Shown: positions 37,801 through 49,166 of the stretch, piece by piece
Position numbering within the stretch: position 1 is the first letter of the stretch
How the letters are laid out: each line of letters opens with the position of its first letter
Origin: Pseudovirgaria hyperparasitica
Taxonomy: Eukaryota
Assembly: GCA_010093815.1 (NCBI GenBank)
Contig: ML996568.1
DNA: 64,000 bases
Strand: one strand, 5' to 3'
Notes under the pieces: model-generated
What the model was told of the DNA's origin: nothing
Databases searched by the model: none
The model's input: the letters and a program-made list of their open reading frames with translations, nothing else
Program-made: the position numbers and the translations under genes

Positions 37801-39150
37801 CTTCGAAAGCTTGCTGATATTGGACAAGCTGTCCTGGTCGTCATCCATCAGCCGTCCGCCAGTCTCTTCGCTCAATTTGACACCCTTCTTCTCCTTCAGA
37901 AGGGTGGTCGTATGAGCTACTTTGGTGACATCGGCGAGAATGGAGCCACAGTCAAGGACTACTTCGCACGCCATGGCGCCCCCTGCCCTGATGCTACCAA
38001 TCCTGCCGAACATATGATAGACGTCGTGTCCGGCTCTCTTTCGAAAACACATGACTGGCACCAAGTCTGGCTCGACTCCCCAGAACATAAACGCGCTCTC
38101 GAAAACCTAGATTCTCTCGTGTCTGATGCAGCATCCAAGCCCCCAGGCACTGAAGACGATGGCCACGAATTTGCAGCATCCCACTGGACTCAAACTCGTA
38201 TCCTCATGAATCGCATGAACAGGGCTCTCTACCGCGACGTCGAATACGTCAATAACCGCGTCTTTCTGCACATCGGCAGTGCCCTCTTCAATGGCTTCTC
38301 CTTCTGGATGATTGGTGACAGCGTCTCTGATCTCCAGCTGCGCCTCTTCACTATCTTCAACTTCATATTCGTCGCGCCTGGCGTGTTCGCCCAACTGCAG
38401 CCCCTTTTCCTCGAGCGCAGAGATGTATATGAGGCCCGCGAGAAGAAAAGCAAGACGTACTCCTGGCCCGCCTTCGTCACTGCGTTAATTGTCTCCGAAA
38501 TCCCCTACCTCCTCTTCTCCGGACTCCTCTACTTCGTCTGCTGGTACTACACCGTCGGCTTCCCCACCTCGAGCGCCCGCGCCGGCGCAACACTGCTCAT
38601 CATGCTACTCTACGAATTCCTATACACAGGAATGGGCCAGTTCGTCGCTGCATACGCGCCCAACGCCATCTTTGCCGCGCTCGTCAACCCAGTCATCATC
38701 GGGGTCTTGGTCTCTTTCTGCGGCGTGCTGGTGCCCTATGCGCAAATCACGGCGTTTTGGCGGTACTGGCTGTATTACCTCGATCCATTCAACTACCTCA
38801 TGGGTGCGATGCTGGTGTTTACGACATGGGGTGTGGACGTGCAATGTCGCGAGAATGAGTATGCGATCTTCGATCCGCCGCAAAACCAGACGTGCGGCGA
38901 CTATCTTTCAGAATACCTCCTTGGCGCAGGCGCAAGCTCGAGGTTGTTGGACGCGAGTGCTACGCAAGCGTGTAGGGTGTGTCAGTATAAGAGCGGCAGC
39001 GAGTATTTGCAGGGGTTGAATCTGATGGAATATCGCACGGGCTGGCGTAATGTTGGGATTGTGACGTTGTTCTGCTTCTCGAGCTATGCACTTGTGTATG
39101 GGCTTATGAAGTTGCGCACAAAGGCGACGAAGAAGGCGGAGGGGAAATAG
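34871..39150 (+). CDS. Full-size PDR/ABCG multidrug transporter (AtrB-like); exons 34871-35332, 35380-36704, 36765-39150
   Basis: NBD1 GRPGAGCTT and [16 protein letters not shown]2 [24 protein letters not shown] and LDEPTSGLD, with NBD-TMD-NBD-TMD topology. Two canonical introns with GCTAAC branch sites. Confidence 0.95.
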
Positions 39151-41034
39151 ACTGGGTGCTACGAAAGATGTATAATAGACGTGTGATAGATTGTAGATAC
39201 CAACAGAGCTCTCGAGAGTACTACGACCTTTTGTGTAAGCTGTATTTGTCTGAGAAGAATGAGACGGTCGAATTAGCTAATTTGCGCATCATCTTCCTCG
39301 ATACACAGCCTACCCTCCTGTCTCATTATCCTCGAACATTTTGCGTCCTAGGGCGAAAATAATCGCCATTCAAATGAAGATCCCGAAGAGACTTCGTTGT
39401 AAGATGCTGGAGTAAAGAGCAGAGAGAGATTTGAAAGCTGAGAGAAGATCAAGTATTGCCCTGATGCTGAAACTGATAAGTGATGTGAGGCTGTTGCGAG
39501 ATGTCCCTGAATCGTCCAGATGATGAAGGACCATGCTTAGATAACATAATTTGTCATGTTACTGTACAGTGTTGCCTCTTCTACCTGCCAATCTTTGTGC
39601 AGTCACCCCTTATGTTGGTTCACGGTTACTCGCGTACATTGCCACCCGACATAACTCTTCACTCAAATCCCGCAAGTCCACTTCAGAGTTCTTACGGACT
39701 TAGTCATTGCTGCAAGAATTAAAGTGACCAGTACCTGTAGATATCGCCCACTACGAGCTTTTGTGTTCACCGGCAAAGAGTTTCTGAATTTAGGCTTGAC
39801 CCTGACCGTGCTACGATCTCAATGCTGCCAACAAGCCCTTCAAGTGGACCGAAACCCGCAATTGCTCGAGAATCGCCTAGTTGATATTCTAGAGGCGTAT
39901 GTGGATAGGCTCTCTTCCTGCGTCAATTTTCTGGTTGAATTTGGTCGATGATCAAACGAGCGAGCGCGTACAAACGAACGAGTTCGACTGGGGTTATCCA
40001 CACGTACTCTGATTCTGGAAAACATCTAGCTGTGGATATCGTCTAGAACACTTCGGATGGATGGAAAATTGTTCAGACAGAAGACTATTCCGAACAAATG
40101 TTGCGCCTTGATGGAGAGTCTCGGTGGCCCATGGCTTGACTAAGACTTGTCCGGAACGCTTTCCGACTGTGCATATCGATATCGGATCATCCCATCGCAC
40201 AAGCGAACACCTGCTGCCATGGGGCCGGTCACCTTTGGGGTTCAACAGCGCAAATACACGGTATATACGGCAGGATCGTCGGCAGGACGCATTTTCATAG
40301 ACGCTGGACCTTTGTGGAGAGCTCCCCTTTCGTCCTGTCTAAGCAAAGCAAGGTTCAGCCGGAGTCTAGACTCTTCATCTATGGAGGCCCGTGCGCGATG
40401 CTGCGGTCTCGAAAAGTCCGATAATAATGGGTCACGCAGATCGCACTTGGATGCATCGTCAGAATAGACTGGTGCTTGTTGGGCTCCCCGAGAACCCAGA
40501 TCCACGAGTATCATAGAGACCGAGATATTCATCAGCTCCCTCTTATGTATTGATCGATACTGGAAGATGCCGATTTCATAGCAATGCACAATTTCCACAG
40601 GCCGAACTTTGATCGTCGACGCTAATGCAGGTACCGCTACCAAGTCCGATCGCTGAGGTTCGTCCGAGACGGGAAGACACATGGCGCGGCGCGAGTAAAG
40701 CACTAAAATAGTTTTGGCTATCTGCCTAATGCCGTTTTCGGTACTTCGGCTGCATTTGAATTGGTCCATCTCCACACTTCTGTTAGCCTTTTTCGCGTCA
40801 GAACTATTGTTCCATTTATCTTGCCTCCTTATTTTGCACAGTCGCGAAGCCCGAGGATTTGGAGGGCTTGCGCCATCTTGGTTAGAAGCAGTGCCGGAGG
40901 CATATATATGTAAGGATCGTCGTCTGCTGTGATGTGACGATCGCCAGGCCACTAATTGTTTCCAATAATACTCACTTTCGAGTCCTGTTCACTCTCTTCT
41001 ACACACTCGTTTAAAACAGAAGATTAGTTATTGC

Positions 41035-41976
41035 ATGATGTTCTTTTCAATTCCTCTCATTGCCGCTTTTGCTGCGACCACACTCGCTGCACCCACGCAG
41101 GATCTTGAACAGCGTACCATTTTCGGATGCAACTGGTTTTCGACATGGGCGGCCAAGTGCAGCACCAAGGGCAACCAGAAATCCTCGTCCTACTCCATGG
41201 CCCTCCCTTACTACACCACGACGGACCGCAGCCTCGTTGCAGGAGCGCCCTGTGGGAATCTTTGCCGCCAGGACTGGCAGTGTAACAGCTATGCTGTTGG
41301 TCAGGGTTCTTGCCGACTGTACAGACTCAGTTCGTAAGTTTGCCATGCAAGAGTGAACCTCACATGCACAAGCTCGCTAACACAAAAAACAAGCCCTCTT
41401 ATCTATACGGCCAGCAACAGTGGAAGTCTTTCATTCAGCGATAAATGTTGTGTCTTGAACGACCAGCCAGCACCTGTTCCTCAACCTTCTCCTTCCACCA
41501 CTCCGTCGCCATCGGCGGTCCCGATTTCGACTGCGACACCTACACCATCTGGTTTAGCTCCATCCAGTTCTTCCTCTCTATCAAACCCTATTCTCACACC
41601 ATCCCCAACTCCATCGCCATCTGAAACCCCAGCACCGATCGTAACTCCGTCGCCGTCCCCGTCTCCATCGCCCAGCACAACAGACTCGCCCGTGGTCCCT
41701 AGTAGCTCGGCCTCGGACACGCCAGCGCCCCAACCTACTGCCCCAGCAACTTGTGGCACTACAGGCTATGATAAACAGACCCCTGCTGCCTTCTTGAACG
41801 ATACATCTGGCAACTCTGGAACAGTCGACACGTGTCGTGCACTCTGCGCAAAGACGGCAACCTGCCAGAGTTTTGCTGTTGGGAACAACCAGTGTTTGTT
41901 GTATGCTGCGCCTGTTGCAGGAAATCTGAACCCTGCGAACAGCCCTTATGCATTTTACGATTTGAATGGTTGCTAG
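41035..41976 (+). CDS. Secreted protein with two PAN/apple-like Cys domains separated by a Pro/Ser/Thr linker; exons 41035-41333, 41394-41976
   Basis: Signal peptide plus a short propeptide ending LEQR. Two copies of the C-x3-C-x5-C-x-S-[YF]-AVG-x3-C-x-LY pattern (CGNLCRQDWQCNSYAVGQGSCRLY; CRALCAKTATCQSFAVGNNQCLLY). Intron GTAAGT...GCTAAC...AAG. Confidence 0.85.
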
Positions 41977-44900
41977 GTAGATATACTGTTCTAGAGAGCA
42001 TGCAAGGTATTCTATGGGTCCTGTACTCCAGATGTTTCTTTTACATGACGGACTGCTTCTTTCATGTCTAAATTTTATTTTATAGGTACATTCATACTGT
42101 TTGAGCGATATAAGAATGTGACAGATCTATCCTTACGGCCACAAATATCCCTCTCCATAAGACTAACCTCAGTCGTCCCACTCCCTGGTTTAACAGAACA
42201 CAGCTTCAAGATCGATCATATCAACCTCAACAAGTCCTTTGTTCGTGATTGATCTGTGACTACTCCACCACGTACACTTGGTCACCCTATCCGCCACTGC
42301 GTCACAAGAAAAGGGAGATCAGGCTGGGCACATCGACGCATGGTTTCTCTATACCGAGACCCCGGAACTTAGTATTGTACACAATCCCAGATGTCCCTCA
42401 AAACAAATGGAGCCAGTGGCCCAGAGGTCAATGCTCGATCTGGCCGAAAGTCGAAGAAGTCCACATCGGGCGGTCTCGGCGGATTTTTGAGGGGACTACG
42501 CAAAGCCGCAGATGATGTCCTAGGACCCGTGCGTGAGTGACGCTATTATATCCGCTCGCAACTGGGCAAGGACTAGTTTCAGTACCACCGCGAACACAAT
42601 CACAATCAGCTCCGTTGATAATGATGCTTTATCTGTAGCTGGAAGCTTAGCCCCCTACGCCAGACAATTTGCCAGTGACTTTGGCCATGGAATTTTTGCT
42701 GATTTGGGAGTAGGTGCAGGTCAGAAAGTCTTTGATGGCTATGAAGGGACCATAGATATTTTGAACAAGGTACGACCTCTCTAAAGGATTTTTGAGATTT
42801 CACAAGTCTGCGAGGCGAAGCTGCTAAACCGGCCAAGGATCTTCTTGCAACTTATCGTGTACCAGCGGCCTTGTCCTTGCAATTTCAACAGCAGCGCTTT
42901 TCCCATTGCTATGTTTGATTCTTCGGGTACTTCATCACATGCTTCGGGTCTCATCTCTTCCTCAACGTCGTCCAAGTTTGATAAGATAATACCGCGAAAA
43001 GTGTGTAATATCGCCACCCGGCGGAACGCCAGTCGCTGCTGTTGCTGTTGGCTTGGTGGGAGGTGTTGCACTAACAACTATATGGTCCGTGTGAAAATTC
43101 AGAATGGATGCCGAAAGTCTTCAAAATCGATCCACAGTTCCCGGACGGTGAATTCTAATTTAAGGTCTATGCTGAGCTTCGAGCGGCGGAAAACCCCTTT
43201 GAGTGGACCCTTTGGCATATAGTCGTCGTCAGTTGGAACATTCCAGGAACGAAGACGGCACTGCCGATGTGTTTATATGAGGAAATTTCTATATTTGAAC
43301 AGCATATGGTCTGGCATGGAGGAGCATCTCATTCAAAAGTCCACTCTGATGGTGATCACGACTGGAAATGGAGAAGCCTCCGACAGTGCGACAGAGCTCA
43401 TGATTAATGACTTCGCGCCTACTATGTTCGAAACAGAAGGTGGTACTTTCATAAAAGTTGGGGCTGTCGACGAAGATGGGAGTCCCTTTGTCAGGCGCAA
43501 GGTTCATCCATCAGCAAACGCTGAGCACTTGGAAGTATGGATGTTCTTCCGGCACGAAACACTGCGAAGTTCACAGAGCTGTATCTTTAAGACATAAATA
43601 TTAGTGATCAACGGTTGCAAGGTAACTGTTTGAACCGATTTGCAGAAGGAGTTTGAGCAGTTTGTTCTGAGAAGCCCCTTGTAAGCCATTTCTCTCGCCG
43701 AGACTGGAAAACACCAGGTATAAAGGGCCGATATATTTTCAAAAGGGGTATCAATTTTACCAATACTGATCCGACATATTTGTCCCGGTTTCAGTTCGAC
43801 AACTTATGTGTCGCACTGGCATAGGATACGGGCTTGTATATGAGTCTTCGCTTGACGAATGCATGCTTCACTAGACGGACAGGCTTGGGTTACAATCAAT
43901 TATATAACGAGTAGATACGAACATTGATACTATCTGTTACCTTTACCTCTTCCAGGTATGTATCATGGTAGTCTTAACTTTCCCCAACACAGCTTTGTTC
44001 GAATATCTCTCAATCCGTGCTCTCTTCCGCACGCAATCCTACCTTTCATTATCTTCTCTAGACATACATCCGAACTCCAGCTATACAGCATCTATCTACG
44101 TGTTCTCACCTTCAAGCCTAGACCTCCAAACTATTTTCACTCCTACTCCAATCTTCATGCCCCCAGATGTCGCTTTCCATGCTACTACCATAGCTCCTAT
44201 CTATTTGCTGCCGCTCTCACACATATGTTCTACAGTCCATTACGATGTCCACTGATTGATCTACAATCTTGAAAACTGTATTCCAAATTCTCTTACAACT
44301 TCTGACCACTCAAAGCCCCAATCACTCCTTTTATCTCCCACCTCTATTTCAAATCTCGCAATTTCGATCCCCGTCGCAGGCCCCTTAATTTTTACCTAGT
44401 CCCGGCATCTTTATTTCCCGTCTTTCCTCATGATATTAATAGCAGAATCCTTGGAGTGAAGCATCTCACCGATGACATAACGTGGCCGTGTAGTGAAGAC
44501 AATCTACTCACTATCGGATTCTAACATCCACATGGGGTGCCATGCTGGATGATTAAATCTAAGACCTCACTCCTCCGAGCGATATCGAGCACTATGGTCA
44601 TATATGCGCTTCTATTTCATCTGTGCAATTTTGTGGAATCTACACGGCGCGAGTGCTGTTCTTGGTGTTATGATCCGGCTCACGTTTCTGTGAAGATTTC
44701 TGTGAAGAGCAGGCTTGGACGCCTGTATAGATACTCCAATGACCAATGTATTCAACAAGCTACGGGCGAATGATGATTACATAGTGAGGCAACGGTAGCC
44801 AGATCGGTTCATGCCAGGCAGGATTGTTGACTTCCCGGCGCAGCTTCGAGTGGCTCACTTGACGATCAAGAGCAGGCGTCGAAGTTGAGAGGGGCGAGAA

Positions 44901-45432
44901 GATTATTCATCAGTCAAGCATGTCAAGACCGTTATGTCATTACGCATTAAAAACTATCGTAGTACCTCACAATACAATCGTTCGAGTCGTATAAATCATG
45001 ATCATGGCATGAGAAAGTTCCTTCACGCCCCAAATGCATGCCCTGCACCGTGTATCCACCCGCCCCTTAAAAACACCTTATGTATGGTATGCCACGTCGC
45101 GATCATACGAAGTCGAGCCATCATTCACCGGTAATGATGGATCTTGCAAACCCGGTAGCCGGTGATCCACAAGATCCACATGGGAAATCACCCGATGGCC
45201 GAGCGACCCTGGTGCATGCAGGAACCCGTTTTTTAGGGTCCCCGCACCGGGAAATTGCAAGCTCGGTCACTTGACCAGCGAAAAGTCCGACCTCGACAAC
45301 CTCATTCCTCTCGTGAACAGCACGTTGGATCCAGATTCGATGGCGCGGGGCTGCGCAGCCGGTCGTCGGCCCGGTGGTGGGATATGCGGGATCTGCGTTA
45401 TTGCAAACCCATGCTCGATGGTCGCAGACCGC

Positions 45433-48428
45433 CTACGTGTTCTGGGTTGCGCCGAGCGCGCGGAACAAAGCCTGGATGAAATCGGACACTGTTGCGACAA
45501 GCTACGCATGGTTAGGAAGTGCAAAACAAGACCGAACGTGATAAAGAAAACTTACAGGAGTAGCGTCGCCGATGAGCTCAGACGTTTGGGAGACAAAGAC
45601 ATCAGACAAAAGGTTCTGGGCGTTTTGCAGTAGTTTCACGATACCATCCACACTGTCTGGGGTGAGAATAGGCATGACTGCGTCTACGATGCCCTTGATG
45701 TCGATGTTGTCGATTGTGTCCAACAACGGCATGATCTGGTCGACTAATTTCGCAATATCGATCTTTCCGAGGGCGCTCACGAGCGGACCAGCGTTTCCGA
45801 TCAAAGAGGTGGTGTTCTTGACGAAATCATCCGTGAGAAGGTCTTCAGCGTTGTACAAGAGGTCGTATATACCCTTAATGCCAGACTCGGAGAGTAAGGG
45901 CATCAGCTGGCGGAATATGCCGACAAAGTCGATAGATGCGACGTCCTCAAGCAGCGGCTGAACTTGCTTACTCAATGGTGAGAAATCGACACTGGTGACG
46001 GCGTCTAGGAGAGGACCAATTTGGTCAACCAGGCCAGAGTAATCTGGTCGGGTAACGGCTTGGAGGATAGGGGAGACCTGGCTGACCATGTTGGTAAAGT
46101 CGACTGATGTTACGGCAGACAACAATGGCCCGACTTGGTCAACAAGATTGGAGAAATCGATGGAACTGATCGATCCAAGTAGAGGATCGACTTGGGAGAT
46201 CACGTTGGACAGGTCGTGAGTGCGAAGATCTGCCAGAACAGGGTTTAATAGATCCACGACAGGCTCCAAATCCAATTTGCCAAGCTCTCCTACTAGAGGA
46301 CCTGCGCCTGTGATAAGCGAACGGGTGTTGTTGACAAAGTCTGGTGTCAGGAGGTCTTCCGCATTGTCGAGCAGCATGAGAATCCCATTGATACCATCGG
46401 ATGTTAGGAGTGGTTTTAGGGCGTCGAAGAGACTCTTCAGGTCTAATTCGTTCACCTCGTCGAGTAAGGGTGAGACTTGATCTAAGAGCGGGCCGACCTT
46501 GTTCAGCAATCCGGCTATATCTGCTTCCGTCAGGCTTTGAAGCAGAGGGGCCGCGTCAGACACCAAGGTCTTGAGTTTATCGGTCGTGTCCTTGTCGAGA
46601 AGACTCTCAGCATTATCCAAGAGTGTCAGGATGCCTTCAATGGACTCCTTTGTCAAAAGAGGCTTTAAAGATTCGAGAACACCGCCGATATCAACTTCGT
46701 TCAACGATCCTAAGAGAGATTTCAGAGTGTCGACTGTGTTCTCATCCAAAAGGTTCCCAGCGCTGGTTACCAAGCTCTTGAGCTGGCCGGTCGTATCCTG
46801 ATCTAGGAGACTCTCGGCATTGTCTAGGAGTGTCAAGATGCCTTCGATTGACTCCTTCGTCAAAAGTGGCTTCAGAGAGTCCAGAACGCCGCCAATGTCG
46901 ACATCATTCAATGTGGACAGAAGGGATTTCAACGTATTTGTAGTGTTCTCGTCCAAGAGATTCCCAGCGCTAGATACTAAGCTCTTCAGCTGGTCGGTCG
47001 TGTCTTTGTCCAAGAGGGTCTCCGCATTGTCCAGGAGGGTTAGGATGCCGTCAATGGAATCTTTGGTCAAAATCGGCTTTAATGAATCCAAAACGCCAGC
47101 AATGTCAACATCATTTAACGTAGACAGCAGACTCTTCAATGTATTGACTGTATTCTCATCGAGCAGGCTTTCGGCATTTCGGAGTAGACCAACGACTCCA
47201 TTGATTTCGTCACGATTGAGGATTGGTGATAACGCATCAAGAACACCAGCAATGTCGACGTTATTCAACGTAGACAGAAGGTTCTTAAGTGTACCGGTCG
47301 TGTCCTCATCGAGCAGAGTCTCGGCATTTCGGAGTAGACCAACAACTCCATTGATCTCGTCACGGTTGAGAATGGGAGATAAGGCGTCAAGCACACCAGC
47401 GATATCAACGTCGTTCAGTGTAGACAACAAGCTCTTAAGCGTGTTGACGGTGTTTTCGTCCAAGAGTGTCTCAGCACTACTTAGAAGGCTCACAAGACCA
47501 TTGGTACCATCATCGGATAATAACTTCTGAGCGTTTCTGAGAAGGCCAACGACACCAGTGATCTCTTCTCGAGTCAGCAAAGGAGAAAGTGCATCCAATA
47601 CACCTTCGAGATCAATCTGTTGAATCCTCTCAATCAACGGTGATGCTTGTCCAATCAGCGTGGAGGTCTGGTTGACGAAATCAGGCGTCAGAAGGTTGTC
47701 GGCGTTGGTGAGAATGTCAGAAATCTTGTCCACGTTGCCGGAAGTCAGGAGCTTGGCAGCGTTGGCTAAGAGACTGCCCAAGTTTGCTCCATTGAGCTCG
47801 TCCACAAGGCTCTTCAAATCCAAAGAACCGACCAGATTGAGCAGATCCCTAATCTGGGTTGGAACAGGCGGCTGCAACGTCTCTGCAAGGTACGTGAGTG
47901 AGTCATGTACGGCCTGCAGGAAATCGACAGTGAGCTACACCGACATATTAGCTTCTTCTCTTTGTTATATCGACGGAACATCAATTTAGCGGCACTTCAC
48001 AGCAGTTCTTCTCTGCTAGAGCACGGCCATACTGATGCCCATTCATGTGCACCTACAAGTTCAGATAGGACTTTGACCAAATCACCAAGCTGGCCCAATT
48101 GAGATGTGAGGGTCCCGATCGCGGTGATAAGATCTCCGAGATCACCAAGGCCATCCAGAAGGTTGGGACTATTGTCGCTATTATTCGATTGTCGTCGGTA
48201 GAGAGGGGTATTGCGTTTCTCATTGTTGTGTTCTCTTAGTAATGCGTTCATTTCTTTCAATGTCGACGTCAATTCCGACCGGGGAACCAGAGCCAAGTCA
48301 TGCTTTGCCAGAATCTCTTCCAGTTGAAGACTATTTAACAGCTCGGTTGCAGATTCGACATGACTTTCTGCAACTGCAACACTCATGAATGGGGTGGCCA
48401 CGGCCAACAACACGTTCGAAAAGCGCAT
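45433..48428 (-). CDS. ~939-aa secreted Leu/Asp-rich amphipathic-helix repeat protein of unknown function; exons 48428-48057, 47934-45556, 45501-45433
   Basis: Signal peptide MRFSNVLLAVATPFMSVAVA and a pro-region ending EKR-NTPLYRR|Q. Introns 48056-47935 (GTAGGT...GCTAAT...TAG) and 45555-45502 (GTAAGT...CTAAC...TAG) keep frame. The protein ends LVATVSDFIQALFRALGATQNT*. I found no Cys or Trp. Confidence 0.88.
46560..47470. repeat. Intragenic tandem repeats with 150-bp and 207-bp periods
   Basis: Near-identical blocks at 47161 and 47311 (offset 150) and at 46631, 46838 and 47045 (offset 207). They encode 50-aa and 69-aa units. Confidence 0.9.
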
Positions 48429-49166
48429 CGTTAGGACTGATACGGTGCTGCGGCCTGCTTCGATCCCAGGGTCAGTCGTTCTGGAAGGAAATTCGGGACT
48501 ACCTGACGAGCATAAGAGATTTGGTGTAGTGCGATTGTTCTTATCATCCAGGGAATTGGCAAATCCGGGGTCACTCTCGCACGGCGCTGGTGCTCGGACT
48601 GACCTGACTTTCACATGAACCGCATAATTGCTGTGGAGTACTGGAGCACGGAAGTCCTAGTGACGGCGAATGGGATCGTGCAGAAGTGCGAGCATCGACT
48701 GATGTCCTTATGTTTACTCCAAATTACGCTGCAGCTTCCGCACGCAATTCCAGTAGAATCACCACCGATCGGCGGGTCGGATCAGCGATTGCTCGACCTC
48801 TTCCGTCGCTGTCGGCGGCGCTAGTGTTAGCTGGACGGCTGGTAGGACTCAAAGGATTCACGCTAACGATTTTGAGCTGTCAGCCATCAACACTAGTGGA
48901 AGTCTAATCATGTTTTTGGTCACGCGAGGCGGAAGAACTATCATGTGAATGTACACTCTCTTTCCGGCCAGCACCTTACTTCTGGGGTTGCCCCACGGGG
49001 AACGGCAGAGTGCGAAGCCCAGGAGTCAAGACAGAACCTCATTGATAACCTAATCTGTAGTTGTGAAATCTCCTGCGCGTCAGGTCGTATAGCCAGGTCA
49101 TTCTACCCTCCTTACGCTATTACACATATCCCAGTAGGAGTAGTATTTGCGTGGAAAGGGTTCAAA
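48429..49166. promoter_or_regulatory. Shared 738-bp divergent promoter between the helical-repeat gene and the DUF3712-like gene
   Basis: Head-to-head ATGs at 48428 (-) and 49167 (+). Several CGG/CCG triplets lie near 48765-48825; no factor assigned. Confidence 0.6.

Noticed and set aside
12781..39150. Secondary-metabolite cluster made of the TF, tyrosinase, oxidase and ABC transporter
   Set aside because: No backbone enzyme (PKS/NRPS/terpene synthase/DUF3328), and the genes are interspersed with housekeeping COX15, BTB and TIM17.
39400..40952. 236-aa minus ORF (40242-40952) and downstream fragments as a gene or pseudogene
   Set aside because: GTG start, no recognisable motif, and I could not build a consistent spliced model. 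It may be a decayed gene but is unsupported without a homology search.
42250..43700. Possible Clr5-like or other pseudogene on the minus strand (fragments RLRSWNV, QQQQQRLAF)
   Set aside because: Similarity is limited to a few residues, with multiple stops and frame changes; not distinguishable from chance.
44355..44390. tRNA T-loop-like TTCGATCCC
   Set aside because: The flanks do not form a T-stem, and no cloverleaf or A-box is present.
45572..47989. Long plus-strand ORFs (e.g. 46820-47530, 236 aa) with repeats
   Set aside because: Antisense shadows of the helical-repeat gene; their periodicity simply mirrors the minus-strand repeats.
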